A stretch of 64,000 bases of DNA from Candidatus Poribacteria bacterium (GCA_046582655.1 JAYGDX010000280.1:64001-128000); one strand, 5' to 3'. Positions 34,134-45,357 are shown, counted from the first letter of the stretch. Numbers and translations are program-made. Notes: generated by a model from the letters alone, not told the origin.

Positions 34134-36656
34134 GTGATGGGGAATAATTTATTTCTTGTATTACTACTATTCTTTGTCTTGAATTGCATTCAATCTCAAG
34201 CCAATAAGATAAACACTTCCTCGACAATAATAAATGGCGATCAGCACAATATTAGCCAAATGAGATTTGACACTTCTGCCGTGAAAGCAATTCACCAATC
34301 CCTAGTTATATTATGTAGTCTCACACTTCAGGACAAAGCCATTGATCGGATAGAAACATCTCAGGATGAAAAGCAATCTCAATGGTTGCGCCTGCAAAGT
34401 GGGACCAAATTGGTATCATCAGAAACGGTTGCTATTAAAATAGCAAGGGAAAAACCGGGAATCAAGATCAAAAACGAGGAACCGCAAGTCTCACTGTCTA
34501 TCAGCACTTTACCAGTTGGTGCAACTATCTATGTTGACCGACGACAGACCTCGCATAAAACACCGCACATTTTGCAACTTGATACTGATATAAACCAGCG
34601 AAAACAAGTAGTGGTGGGACTGAAACTAACCGGATATGAAATCGAGGTAATAGATGTAGATCTACGTAACAATGAATTAGTTGAATTGGCAAATATTCGC
34701 TTAAAAAAAATAGGACAACGGGTACTTGAAAACGGAGTAGAAGCAACAGATTGGCAAAAAATACAAGCTGAAATGACTTTGATACCTGCCGGGAAATTCC
34801 ATATGGGAACTCCTAAAAATGAGACTGCCGAATGGATAAAGAATACACATCTGGCACATACCGTCGAGTTAGGCTCCTTTTCTATTGACACCTATGAGGT
34901 GACAATAAAACAATATCAACAGTTTATCAGTGCCACTGGCCATAGAGCCCTACCGGAGTGGGTAAGTAAGTACTCACCCACAGAGAATCATCCGGTAGTG
35001 GGTGTCAGCTGGTACGACGCCACTGCCTATGCTAAGTGGATGGGTACGCGTCTGCCAACGGAAGCTGAGTGGGAATATGCAGCTCGAGGTGGACTGATAA
35101 ATCAACGCTATGCATGGGGAAACTCGCAACCTAGTGGAATAGAATGTAACTACGCAGACAAAAATGCAGATCCTGTTCTGAAACAAATAGACAAAGGATA
35201 TCACTGGTCGGATTTAAATATTGATGATGGTTATGCTTATACAGCACCGGTGGGCAGCTATTTGCCTAATGGTTATGGTTTGTACGATATGGCAGGTAAT
35301 ATCTATGAATGGTGTGCTGATTGGTTTGGCGAAAACTACTATAGCCATTCATCAACCCGCAATCCAGAAGGCCCAAGTTCTGGGGATAAACGGGTACTGC
35401 GCGGAGGGTCTTGGAACTATGATACCTATAGTTTGCATGTGGCCAGCCGTATTGGCAGCAATCCATATAGTACAAACAGCTTCGTTGGATTTCGTTGTGT
35501 GTTAGGATCAAGTCCTCCAGAGGCACGCGCAACCAAAAAAAATAAGACTTCTGGTGCGATCCCTCAAACCAATTTACTGTATAATCGGAACGAACAAGGA
35601 ATCCCCAGTCAGAACTTTGAATCATTAAAAAAACAACTTGAGCAAACAGTTAAAATTAATCCCTCTGCCGATGCATATTATCATCTAGGCGTGATTTGTG
35701 GTATGCAATCACAATGGAAGACAGCCATTATCAATTTGGAACATGCCGTTGCTATTAATCCAGATTATGCGGAAGCATTCAACAAATTAGGCAAAGCGTA
35801 CTTGATTGGCCTAGCACAAGCAAAGGAAGCAGTTCCTTTTCTAAAGAAAGCTATTGAGATTGATGCTAAATACGCGGATTCATATAAGCTTTTGGGAACA
35901 GCTTATCTTCATCAGGATTCGAATAGGGAGGCAATCGAATACTTTGATAAAGCAATACACTTTGATTCTACTGACACAGAATCTCTGTACCTTTTAGGAT
36001 TCTGTCATTACCAGGAAAATAGACTTAAAGAAGCTATTTCACATTTTGAAAAAGTGATTGAGAAAGACCCTTTTTACGCTCAAGCCTACTTCAATCTGGG
36101 AAATTGCTATTTCCGAACAGGACAAATCGATAAAGGGAGATCAGCTCTAAATAATTTCCAGCAACTGAGCCGTGATCTAGAGCAAATCAAGATCCTTGAT
36201 CACTATTTGCAAAATGATTCAAAGGACCTGGAAAAATGGAGTCAGTTAGCACAACTCTTGGTAAAACATAATAGGTGGCAGGAATCAACCAATGCCTTAG
36301 GCAAATGCGTGCTACTCGACCCACAAAATCCTGATTATTATGAAATGCTTGGATATGCTTATTTACAAATCAAATCACATGAGGATGCTGCTGGAGTATA
36401 CAAAGAAATTATCAACCTGTATCCGGATGTTGCCGAATATAGAAATAGCCTTGGTATTGCCTACATGCTGACGGAAAGGTACATTCGTGCTATTGATCAA
36501 TTTCAGTTGGCAATTCATGTGGAACCCCTTAAGGCGAATTACCATTTGAATTTGGCTAAAGCTTATCAACAAATCAACCATCAGTTAAAAGCCGACCAGG
36601 CGTTGAGCGAGTATCGACGCCTAGATCCTGAGGCACCAGACCCACGTCAAGAATGA
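34134..36656 (+). CDS. Secreted PEGA + FGE-sulfatase (SUMF1-like) + TPR fusion protein
   Basis: PEGA-like SISTLPVGATIYVD; FGE fold IPAGKFHMG, RLPTEAEWEYAARGG, YDMAGNIYEWC, RGGSW, GFRCV; C-terminal TPR repeats. Confidence 0.85.
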   Translation: MMGNNLFLVLLLFFVLNCIQSQANKINTSSTIINGDQHNISQMRFDTSAVKAIHQSLVILCSLTLQDKAIDRIETSQDEKQSQWLRLQSGTKLVSSETVAIKIAREKPGIKIKNEEPQVSLSISTLPVGATIYVDRRQTSHKTPHILQLDTDINQRKQVVVGLKLTGYEIEVIDVDLRNNELVELANIRLKKIGQRVLENGVEATDWQKIQAEMTLIPAGKFHMGTPKNETAEWIKNTHLAHTVELGSFSIDTYEVTIKQYQQFISATGHRALPEWVSKYSPTENHPVVGVSWYDATAYAKWMGTRLPTEAEWEYAARGGLINQRYAWGNSQPSGIECNYADKNADPVLKQIDKGYHWSDLNIDDGYAYTAPVGSYLPNGYGLYDMAGNIYEWCADWFGENYYSHSSTRNPEGPSSGDKRVLRGGSWNYDTYSLHVASRIGSNPYSTNSFVGFRCVLGSSPPEARATKKNKTSGAIPQTNLLYNRNEQGIPSQNFESLKKQLEQTVKINPSADAYYHLGVICGMQSQWKTAIINLEHAVAINPDYAEAFNKLGKAYLIGLAQAKEAVPFLKKAIEIDAKYADSYKLLGTAYLHQDSNREAIEYFDKAIHFDSTDTESLYLLGFCHYQENRLKEAISHFEKVIEKDPFYAQAYFNLGNCYFRTGQIDKGRSALNNFQQLSRDLEQIKILDHYLQNDSKDLEKWSQLAQLLVKHNRWQESTNALGKCVLLDPQNPDYYEMLGYAYLQIKSHEDAAGVYKEIINLYPDVAEYRNSLGIAYMLTERYIRAIDQFQLAIHVEPLKANYHLNLAKAYQQINHQLKADQALSEYRRLDPEAPDPRQE

Positions 36657-38341
36657 AGCCACGTCAACTGACCCATCTATTTCTCATATTTCTATCCAAT
36701 TTATTACAAGCTGAATCACAGGTTCAATTTGTCGATATTACGGCATCGACCGGAATCAATTTCCGACATTCAAATGGAGCGAAAAACGACTATCAACTGC
36801 CGGAAACACTGGGATCTGGAGGTGCTTTTTTTGACTACAATAACGACGGATATTTGGATCTTTATCTGATAAACAGCGGTGATTTCGGTAGCCAAGGAAT
36901 AAGTAAAAATTCCGATCAATCATCAAACACAAGTTTGCTCTACCACAACAACGGTGATGGCACTTTTAAAGATATCACCGCATCTGCAGGAATAGGCAAC
37001 AAGAACAATTACGGTCAAGGTGCAGCTACTGCAGACTACGATAATGACGGCGACATCGACCTCTACGTGACAAATTTTGGTCACAACAAACTGTACCAAA
37101 ATAATGGGAATGGAACTTTCTCAGAAGTAAGCAAAAAAGCGGGTGTCGCAGATCCCTCGTGGAGTACCAGCGCAACTTTTTTCGACTATGATCGCGATGG
37201 ATATCTCGACCTCTATGTGGTTAATTATGTTGTTTATTCACTAACAGCTTCTTATCGCAAGTGTTATGACGATGATATTCGTAATTACTGTCATCCTAAA
37301 TATTTTGAGGGATCCCCGGATCAGCTATATAAAAACAATGGAGACGGCACATTCACCAATACGACAAAAGCTGCTGGAATTAGTGATATTGGGGGTCCTT
37401 ACCAAGGAAAAGGACTTGGAGTTGTTGCTGCTGACTTTAATAATGACCGGTATCCAGATCTCTATGTTGCTAATGACGACACCCCAAACTATCTGTTCCT
37501 AAATGGAGGTGATAGCACGTTCATGGAAATCGGGATATTTACAGGATGTGCTTATAGTAGTGATGGTGTCGCACAAGCTGGTATGGGAGTTGATACTGGA
37601 GACTATAATGAGGATGGATTATTAGATATATTTGTTACCAATTTCTCGTATGAAACCAACGCTTTATACCAGAATAATGGGGATGGGACGTTCACTGATG
37701 TCATTTATAAATCTCGTCTTGGTGAGGAAAGCTACCTATCTTTAGGATTCGGTGCCAATTTTCTAGATTACAATAATGATGGATACCTAGATCTATTTAT
37801 TGCCAACGGGCATATTTCTCCAAACATTGAACAAACCATAGATGTTGTGACGTATGCCCAACCAAACCAGCTTTTTCAAAACAATAGGAATGGGACATTC
37901 ACCGAAATGTCCCGAGAATCAGGCCCTCATTTCCTAGAAAAGGCTGTCAGTCGAGGAAGTATTTTAGGCGACTATGACAACGATGGTGATATAGACATTG
38001 TTGTTACACAATTGAATGGACCTATTGCGTTTCTACGAAACGAGAACGGGAACGCACAAAATTGGCTGCGCATTCGAACAGTTGGGGTTCTTAGTAATCG
38101 TGATGGTGTCGGCACCCGCCTGATATTTAAAGTTGGAGACCAAGTTGTCATACGCGAAGTTCGGGTGGGATCAAGTTATCTTTGCAGTCGTGACCCAAGA
38201 GTACTATTGGGAGTTTCAGATCATGAGTTTATTGATAAAATTGAAGTCCATTGGCCCAGTGGCATAACACAAATTTTTAAAGATACAGCAGTAAATCAGC
38301 AATTGGATATAATTGAAAAAGGGACGCCAAGTCTTAACTAG
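36653..38341 (+). CDS. CRTAC1-like FG-GAP / ASPIC-UnbV protein
   Basis: ETLGSGGAFFDYNNDG, repeated DYDNDGD.DLYV.N, AQAGMGVD, GSSYLCS. Confidence 0.9.
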   Translation: MKPRQLTHLFLIFLSNLLQAESQVQFVDITASTGINFRHSNGAKNDYQLPETLGSGGAFFDYNNDGYLDLYLINSGDFGSQGISKNSDQSSNTSLLYHNNGDGTFKDITASAGIGNKNNYGQGAATADYDNDGDIDLYVTNFGHNKLYQNNGNGTFSEVSKKAGVADPSWSTSATFFDYDRDGYLDLYVVNYVVYSLTASYRKCYDDDIRNYCHPKYFEGSPDQLYKNNGDGTFTNTTKAAGISDIGGPYQGKGLGVVAADFNNDRYPDLYVANDDTPNYLFLNGGDSTFMEIGIFTGCAYSSDGVAQAGMGVDTGDYNEDGLLDIFVTNFSYETNALYQNNGDGTFTDVIYKSRLGEESYLSLGFGANFLDYNNDGYLDLFIANGHISPNIEQTIDVVTYAQPNQLFQNNRNGTFTEMSRESGPHFLEKAVSRGSILGDYDNDGDIDIVVTQLNGPIAFLRNENGNAQNWLRIRTVGVLSNRDGVGTRLIFKVGDQVVIREVRVGSSYLCSRDPRVLLGVSDHEFIDKIEVHWPSGITQIFKDTAVNQQLDIIEKGTPSLN

Positions 38342-38399
38342 TTAGCCAGTTAAGATGTCCCTCAAAGTAATCAGATAATAAAGGCTTTAGGAGAGTCAC

Positions 38400-39152
38400 A
38401 TGTCAGAATCAGGACCAATCGTACCAACTGTGCTTAACTCACAATTATCAGCAGAATTACAGTCAGAAGTCGATTTTTTCCTAAAATGGGGATACTTGGT
38501 TGTTGACGATGCATTAACAGAAGAACAACTAGAAACACTCAAAATTGCGCTTGACGAAACCTATGAAGGAGTCGATGATGAAACACAATTCGTTGGCGAA
38601 CTGCTAGAACAGGATGAACGCTTTGGCTTTTTAATCGATAATCCTCCGGTGCTGGAACGAATTAAAGCAATTTTGGGAAACTGTGTACAACTTCATAGTG
38701 CGACATCACGTGTTACACAACCGGGAGCAACCGATCAGAACTGGCATCGCGATGGTCCTTGGCCTGTTGACCCTTGTGGCACACCTTACGGAAGTTTGCC
38801 TGGACAAGTTAATTGCGGATATTTTCTTGATGAGCTAACAATGGAAAATGGTCCTATCGTCATTGTACCTGGTAGTCAGCGGGCGCTATTTCGCCCGCCG
38901 GAAGGACACCCTACTTTCCCAGATCAAAAGTTTGTACTTGCTAAACCCCGTCAAGCTGTTTTTTTCGACGGGTGGCTCTACCACAGAGGTTCAGCTAACA
39001 ATTCGCCACAGGAACGCCGAGTTTGCTTAATGTGTTATCAGAATGCTTGGATGAAGTCGCGAGAGCCTTTTAATGGTCCTCGCGTTACCAAACTGCGGGA
39101 GGAGGGATCTCCAGAACGAAAACTCCTGCTTGGTAGCATAGGACATTGGTAG
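38400..39152 (+). CDS. Phytanoyl-CoA dioxygenase (PhyH) family protein
   Basis: WHRDG (HxD), ENGPIVIVPGS, FFDGWLYHRG, ERRV. Confidence 0.9.
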   Translation: MSESGPIVPTVLNSQLSAELQSEVDFFLKWGYLVVDDALTEEQLETLKIALDETYEGVDDETQFVGELLEQDERFGFLIDNPPVLERIKAILGNCVQLHSATSRVTQPGATDQNWHRDGPWPVDPCGTPYGSLPGQVNCGYFLDELTMENGPIVIVPGSQRALFRPPEGHPTFPDQKFVLAKPRQAVFFDGWLYHRGSANNSPQERRVCLMCYQNAWMKSREPFNGPRVTKLREEGSPERKLLLGSIGHW

Positions 39153-39223
39153 TATAAAACGATGGTGATATATTTCATGAATATCCAATATATCTGTAAA
39201 CAGGCAAGTGGTTCTAGCATATC

Positions 39224-40906
39224 TTGAAGAATTACCTGCGTTACCTACCCCTACTTACTATTCTCCCCGTCGCACTACTTGACTTTCTCACGCCTTACGG
39301 ATTCGCTATTTTCACTGATGTGACTGAGGAATCAGGTATTCACACCGTTACTTATAGTGGTAGCCAAGACAAAAAGCATTTGCTGGAATCAATCGGTTGT
39401 GGAACAGCATTTCTTGATTATAATCGAGATGGAAACCAAGATGTGTATATCGTTAACGGGTGGAAAATCAAAGATGGGCGTGTCGTGGTTAAAGGTCAAA
39501 ATGCGCTCTATCGCAATACCGGAAATGGGACTTTCGAAGAAGTAACTGAACAAGCGAAAGTGGGCGATAAAAGTTGGGGAATTGGCGTTTGTACCACGGA
39601 TTATAATAACGATGGTTGGCTCGACATGTACATTACTAACTTTGGCGCTAACCGTTTGTACAGCAACAACCAAGATGGCACCTTTACCGATGTCGCTGCA
39701 CAAGTAGGGGTTGACGATAAACGATGGAGCGTGGGAGCGTCATTTTTAGATTTTGATAATGATGGTGATTTAGATCTATACGTAGTGAATTACGTTACCA
39801 GCTCCATTTCAGAGGTTTTAGATGCAGAGTTGTCGCAAGATTGGAAAGGAGTTGCAAACGTCATGAAGGGCCCCCGTGGACTAAAAGGGTCCGCTGATGC
39901 TTTTTATCGTAACAACGGAGACGGTACGTTTACTGATGCAACGATAGAATCTGGTCTGATTGATATTGGAGCGTTATATGGACTTGGTATCTGTACTACT
40001 GATTATGATCTGGATGGAGACATTGATATTTATGTTGCTAATGATGCGTCACCTAACTACTTATATCAAAATAACGGAAATGGAACATTTACGGAAGTAG
40101 GTTTATACGTGAACGCCTCAGTGGCTAACACCGGGTTACCTCAAGCAAGTATGGGAATTGACTTTGCTGATTTTGATAATGATGGTGATTTCGACGGAAT
40201 CTTAACCCATTTTAGCGGTGAATGCAGTACATTGTATAGAAATCTAGGGGATGGTTTCTTTGAGGATGCATCTGAATCCGTGGGATTATGGCAAAGAACA
40301 TATCTACCTATGAGTTGGGGAACAGGGTTTTTCGACTATGATAATGATATGGATTTAGATCTATTCATTGCCAATGGACACATTTACCCACAAGTGGATA
40401 GCCATTTAGCATACGGTGAATCTTATGCTCAACTTAATCAACTCTTCAATAACAATACGGGCCATTTTAAAGAGATAACATCAGAAGCGGGGGATGGATT
40501 TAGCATACGATTGTCAAGTCGAGGAACCGCCTTTGCAGATTACGACAACGATGGGGATTTAGACATTTTAGTAATTAACATGGATGCTTTACCAACACTC
40601 CTGAGAAACGATGGTGGAAATACAAAAAGTTGGTTGTTGATAGAATTAAAGGGAAATAAAAATATAAGTGGGATTGGTTCTATTGTTTACGTAAAAACAG
40701 GGAACTTGACGCAAATGAGAGAGGTTCGATCAGGTAATAGTTATGCCTCCCAAAATGAGTTAAGAACCCATTTCGGGTTAGGAGACGCTGACTTGGTTGA
40801 TAAGATCTCGGTAAAATGGGTTAGCGGTGCGACTTCGGCATTACATAATATTGCCGCACGGCAAATAATACAGATCGTTGAACCCAAGACCAATTCTGAG
40901 AATTGA
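39224..40906 (+). CDS. CRTAC1-like FG-GAP / ASPIC-UnbV protein
   Basis: ESIGCGTAFLDYNRDG, FG-GAP repeats, PQASMGID, GNSYASQN...HFGLG. Confidence 0.9.
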   Translation: MKNYLRYLPLLTILPVALLDFLTPYGFAIFTDVTEESGIHTVTYSGSQDKKHLLESIGCGTAFLDYNRDGNQDVYIVNGWKIKDGRVVVKGQNALYRNTGNGTFEEVTEQAKVGDKSWGIGVCTTDYNNDGWLDMYITNFGANRLYSNNQDGTFTDVAAQVGVDDKRWSVGASFLDFDNDGDLDLYVVNYVTSSISEVLDAELSQDWKGVANVMKGPRGLKGSADAFYRNNGDGTFTDATIESGLIDIGALYGLGICTTDYDLDGDIDIYVANDASPNYLYQNNGNGTFTEVGLYVNASVANTGLPQASMGIDFADFDNDGDFDGILTHFSGECSTLYRNLGDGFFEDASESVGLWQRTYLPMSWGTGFFDYDNDMDLDLFIANGHIYPQVDSHLAYGESYAQLNQLFNNNTGHFKEITSEAGDGFSIRLSSRGTAFADYDNDGDLDILVINMDALPTLLRNDGGNTKSWLLIELKGNKNISGIGSIVYVKTGNLTQMREVRSGNSYASQNELRTHFGLGDADLVDKISVKWVSGATSALHNIAARQIIQIVEPKTNSEN

Positions 40907-41050
40907 GTTCCTATTCCAAACTGCAAGCATACCATTATTCAGCCAAGTATTTCAATGTGCTCACATCTTTTCTCTACAGACATTGACTCTCAATAGTATT
41001 CTGACAGTCATCATCCTCTGTAAAGCTTACCATAATATAATCAGAAGTAA

Positions 41051-42961
41051 ATGAACAAAAACAACAATAAAACATATGTTTCAATCCACACAATACTGAT
41101 TGCAACTGCATTAATCCCAATAAATATTTATTGGAATGTGCAAATGGAACTAGTCAGGTACTCGGGACTACCAACAACCATCTCGTTATTCTTTAATGTA
41201 GTATTTAACCTGCTGATCCTGTCTTTATTGAACATCGGAATAAAGAGGTTTTTAGATAGAACATTATTTAAACGCGGAGAGTTATCTATAATTTATATTG
41301 TGTTGTCCATAGCATCTGGTATTGGTGGACATAGCATGATGCAAATTCTCCCACCTATGTTGGGTCATCCTTTCTGGTTTGCTACTGAAGAAAATGATTG
41401 GAAGAACCTGTTTTGGAAACACATTCCTTCATGGTTATCCGTCAATGATAAGTCTATACTCAAGGGATATTATGAGGGTGGTTCTTTATACAATATTCAA
41501 CATTTGAAAATTTGGATTACTCCAATTGCTACTTGGTCTGTTTTTATTTTTGTTGTGTTGCTAATCATGCTTTGTATCAACATTATCATCAGAAGGCAGT
41601 GGGTAGAAAATGAAAAGCTGAGTTACCCAATCATTCAACTCCCCTTAGAGATGACAAGTCCCAATTTTTTCTCTAACCGTATGATGTGGATTGGATTCAT
41701 CATTGTAGCCGTCATCGATATTGTAAATGGACTCCATTTCCTGTTTCCAACCATTCCACAAGTATTTAGTAAAAGATACAACATCACATTCCCTAATCCA
41801 CCATTTAACGCCATGGGCCGTTTACCTTTCGCCATGTATCCCTTCGTTATTGGTCTTGGGTTTCTGATCCCATTGGATCTTAGTTTTTCCTGTTGGCTCT
41901 TCTTCTGGTTTTGGAAACTGCAACTTTTGTTAGGTAATGTAATGGGGTTAAGATCACTTCCTGGTTTTCCATACATCAATTCGCAAGCTTTTGGCGGATA
42001 CATTGGTGTAACCATGATTGCTATATATACTAGTCGAAAACATCTCCTTGGCATTTGCAAACGGTTTTTTGCTTCCGAAAAATCATTGGATGACTCCGGC
42101 AAAGCTATGTCATATAGGACAACTATCCTCGCTTTATTGGGGGGAATATTATTTCTGATCGTTTTTTGCCATCAGGCGGGAATATCAATAACGGTTACCT
42201 TTGTTTTTTTCATTCTTTTCTTCCTGATTTCTTTAGGCATAACGCGGATGCGGGCAGAACTTGGTGCTCCAGTCCATGATATCCACTATACGGGACCGGA
42301 ACAGGTAATGGTTTGGGCAGTGGGAACTCAAAAGTTAGGTGCTGCAAACTTAACTGGACTTTCCTTTTTCTGGTTTTTAACCAGAACCCATTACAGTCAT
42401 GTTATGCCTCATCAATTAGAAGGCTTTAAATTGTCAGCCAGTACAGGAATCAGTCAAAAACAGGTAACTTTTGCTATGGTCCTGGCTGCCGGTATAGGTA
42501 TCTTATCCGCCTTCTGGGTGTTACTGCATATTCCGTATCAAATGGGGGCATTAACCCGAATTCCCTTTCCAACAGTCAGTGCTTTTGGCAGGGAGCCATG
42601 GAGTCGACTGGAATCGTGGCTGATTAACCCATCACCAACGAATTACCCAGAAACCTTGTTTCTTGGAGTCGGTATATTATTCACCTTTTTCCTGATGTTC
42701 ATGCGGATGAAATTTTTCTGGTTTCCCCTATATCCTGCGGCCTATGCGGTTACCAATAGCTGGGGTATTCATAACATATGGTTTTGTTTGTTTTTGGCGT
42801 GGGTGGTGAAACTGGTGATTCTTCGGTTCTTTGGCTTGAAGACCCATCAAAGAGCAATCCCCTTTTTCTTGGGATTAATTTTGGGAGAATTTACTGTTGG
42901 TTGCCTTTGGACAATAGTCGGTATTCTATTTGGGATTTCTACGTATGGATTCTATACATAG
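41051..42961 (+). CDS. Polytopic membrane protein, DUF6785/DUF6784-like (putative transporter)
   Basis: Many hydrophobic segments; RRQWVENEKLSYPIIQLP, IGLGFLIPLDLSFSCW, RMRAELG, PFFLGLILGEF. Confidence 0.7.
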   Translation: MNKNNNKTYVSIHTILIATALIPINIYWNVQMELVRYSGLPTTISLFFNVVFNLLILSLLNIGIKRFLDRTLFKRGELSIIYIVLSIASGIGGHSMMQILPPMLGHPFWFATEENDWKNLFWKHIPSWLSVNDKSILKGYYEGGSLYNIQHLKIWITPIATWSVFIFVVLLIMLCINIIIRRQWVENEKLSYPIIQLPLEMTSPNFFSNRMMWIGFIIVAVIDIVNGLHFLFPTIPQVFSKRYNITFPNPPFNAMGRLPFAMYPFVIGLGFLIPLDLSFSCWLFFWFWKLQLLLGNVMGLRSLPGFPYINSQAFGGYIGVTMIAIYTSRKHLLGICKRFFASEKSLDDSGKAMSYRTTILALLGGILFLIVFCHQAGISITVTFVFFILFFLISLGITRMRAELGAPVHDIHYTGPEQVMVWAVGTQKLGAANLTGLSFFWFLTRTHYSHVMPHQLEGFKLSASTGISQKQVTFAMVLAAGIGILSAFWVLLHIPYQMGALTRIPFPTVSAFGREPWSRLESWLINPSPTNYPETLFLGVGILFTFFLMFMRMKFFWFPLYPAAYAVTNSWGIHNIWFCLFLAWVVKLVILRFFGLKTHQRAIPFFLGLILGEFTVGCLWTIVGILFGISTYGFYT

Positions 42962-43058
42962 GCATAATCTAGAGCCATGATAGAAAATCCCCGCACCATA
43001 ATGAGTAAAAAAAGAACTCAATTTCAGAGTAACATTTAAAAAATTTCAGGAGGGAAAA

Positions 43059-43793
43059 ATGGATTATGTTAGCGATGTAGAAGATAAGCTTGATCAACTT
43101 GATCGGAATGGTTATCTTCTTGTAGAAGGCGCACTTACACCGGAGGAAACGGAGCATGTACGCCAACGTATCAATTACGCGCGCCAACAAGGCTGGGAAG
43201 AAGGTCTCAATTCAGTTGGTAACATGTGGTTTGATACCTTGCTGGACCGAGAACCGGAAACCTATCAACCGCTAGTAGGTCATCCTAGCGTACGTCCATA
43301 CCTTGAAGGCATGATGGGAAAACAATGCCAGTTACGCAGTTTTCGGGCCCATATTAACCCTGGACCCTATCTTCAAGAATGGCATCTTGATTTCCATGGT
43401 TATTGGCACGAGAAAAGGGAAGCGAAAAAACATCGTTATGCTGTCTCTACTGTCAGCTTCAATACTACTTTTTATTTTCAAGATAATGGACCAGGATCAG
43501 GACATTTGAAATTTGTCAAGGATGGTCATCTATCTGAACCCAAATATATCTATGCTGGGGATTGGCCGAAATTTGAAGCTTGGTGTGATGCGCAAGAACA
43601 TGTCATTGTCTATCCCAAGGCCGGAGATTGTATTGTATTTATTAACCATATGCCGCATCAGGGTGCCAAGGAGAGAGACGATATGGAACGCAGTAACGTT
43701 GTTTGCCACTATCAAGTAACACCAATGCATGATGCGGTACTTTATGTCTCCAGTCCAAGGGGTTATACTGGGACTTTCCCTTTTGTTGACTAA
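43059..43793 (+). CDS. PhyH family dioxygenase, array copy 1
   Basis: GYLLVEGAL, WHLDF (HxD), AGDCIVFINHMPHQG, RSNVVCHY. Confidence 0.88.
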   Translation: MDYVSDVEDKLDQLDRNGYLLVEGALTPEETEHVRQRINYARQQGWEEGLNSVGNMWFDTLLDREPETYQPLVGHPSVRPYLEGMMGKQCQLRSFRAHINPGPYLQEWHLDFHGYWHEKREAKKHRYAVSTVSFNTTFYFQDNGPGSGHLKFVKDGHLSEPKYIYAGDWPKFEAWCDAQEHVIVYPKAGDCIVFINHMPHQGAKERDDMERSNVVCHYQVTPMHDAVLYVSSPRGYTGTFPFVD

Positions 43794-44085
43794 TCCAATA
43801 TGTCAATTGAGGTCAAGCGGATGTCTAATCACTTTGGTGATGGATCATGTAGCGGTTTGTCAAACGACACCAATAAAACCAGCGGTCAAAGGCAGATTTC
43901 GACGAAATATTAGTGGCACAGTACTTTGGACTAATTCTTGGAAGCAGGGAGGAGGGCGCTATATAGGTTCCCATTAAGCGATAGACCCATCACAGACACA
44001 TTTATTCTACATTTAAGCCAATATCTATATCTCTAGATACACAGTTAAAAAATTGATATAAACAAACACTAGATTTATTGAATTT

Positions 44086-44235
44086 ACTTTAAGGGATCAA
44101 ATATGAATTCTAAAGTTGAAACTTTGTATCCCTTAAAGTGAGATAAAGAGGCTTAACAAACCTGATAAATGTAGTAGAGAAGCAATTATCAGGTTTAGAA
44201 TTGTTTTGGGAATAACCTAATCGATTGGAGGTTAG
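44086..44235. other. Cluster of three intergenic inverted repeats
   Basis: ACTTTAAGGGAT/ATCCCTTAAAGT (44086-44139), AAACCTGATAA/TTATCAGGTTT (44158-44196), TAACCT..AGGTTA (~44213-44234). Confidence 0.5.
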
Positions 44236-44294
44236 ATTTCAGTTAAATTCAATATCATCCACATAAAAGGTTGAGATGCATAAGGAGAAACGTT

Positions 44295-45233
44295 TTGTTT
44301 AAACATATGACAATGTTTTTGATGTTGTTAGGACTGGTTTTTATTGGTTGTGGAGAAGATGACCCTGACACAGAATCTGGACAGGGCACATCCAACGCAA
44401 AAGTCGTTAATCCGGGATCTAGTCAACCAGAAAAAGTCATACCGGAAGAGAAAGTCGACGAGGTTATAGCTGGACCAGCTAACGAAATCGTTTGGGAAAA
44501 GGATGGGGCTAAGATGGTTTTGATTCCCGCTGGTAGTTTTGATATGGGGGATCATTCAGCAGACGAGGAGGGACACGATTCCGAAAGACCCGTGCACACT
44601 GTAGAGTTAGATGCATTTTACATGGACTGTTATGAGGTAACAATGAAACAGTGGAAACTATTTAAGAAAGAAATTAGAGCTGAAGCAAAAGAAGCCTCGC
44701 CGATAGACGAACATCCTATAGGTTTTGTTAACCACAAAGAAGCCAAGGAATACGCAGCATGGGCTGGTAAGAGACTGCCAACAGAAGCTGAGTGGGAATA
44801 TGCTGCTCGCGGTGGCTTAGTTGGTAAACGGTTTCCTTGGGGGGATAAAGGTTGGGATGATGAAAAGGTAGCTCGAGAACACTCCAATTTTGACGGTAGA
44901 GTTGGCAAAGACAAGTGGAAAACCAACGCCCCGTTGGCAGTTTTCCTCCCAACGCTTATGGGTTGTTTGATATGGCAGGAAATGCGCCCGAGTGGGTAGC
45001 GGATGCCTATGATGCTAAATATTATAGTAAATCTCCTAAAAAAATCCGTTCAAGGAACCGAAAGGAGAATTCTACCAGAGTATCGCCCGTGGTGGATCTT
45101 GGAGATTCAATACTTTTCACATTCGTGTAGCTAAAACCGTGGGGCCTTCAATGCTTGGGCACATAACGGTGGTATTGGTCTCCGTTGTGTTATCAGTAAA
45201 GAAAAAGCTGATCAGGCTCTTGGGAATGAATAA
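44295..45233 (+). pseudogene. FGE-sulfatase (SUMF1-like) lipoprotein, copy 1, with three -1 homopolymer frameshifts
   Basis: Lipobox FIGC; RLPTEAEWEYAARGG. Adding one base at each of C4 (44929-32), A7 (45038-44) and A4 (45133-36) restores APVGSFPPN..DMAGN..SPKKNP..ARGGSW..GLRCV, ending at TAA 45233. Confidence 0.75.
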
Positions 45234-45357
45234 ATTTAGCTAGCCTTAGAGCTACCATCTAGCGACCTATAAGTGAAGACCTTAACAGCTGGTTAATAAC
45301 AACATCATTAGCGAAACAGCAAATCCTAAAAGATCAGAAATATTAGGAGAAATACCC

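Noticed and set aside
12720..40600. Recurring GAYTAYGAYAAYGAYGG-like DNA repeats as a CRISPR or repeat array
   Set aside because: They are coding FG-GAP DYDNDGD repeats with synonymous variation and irregular spacing; no cas genes
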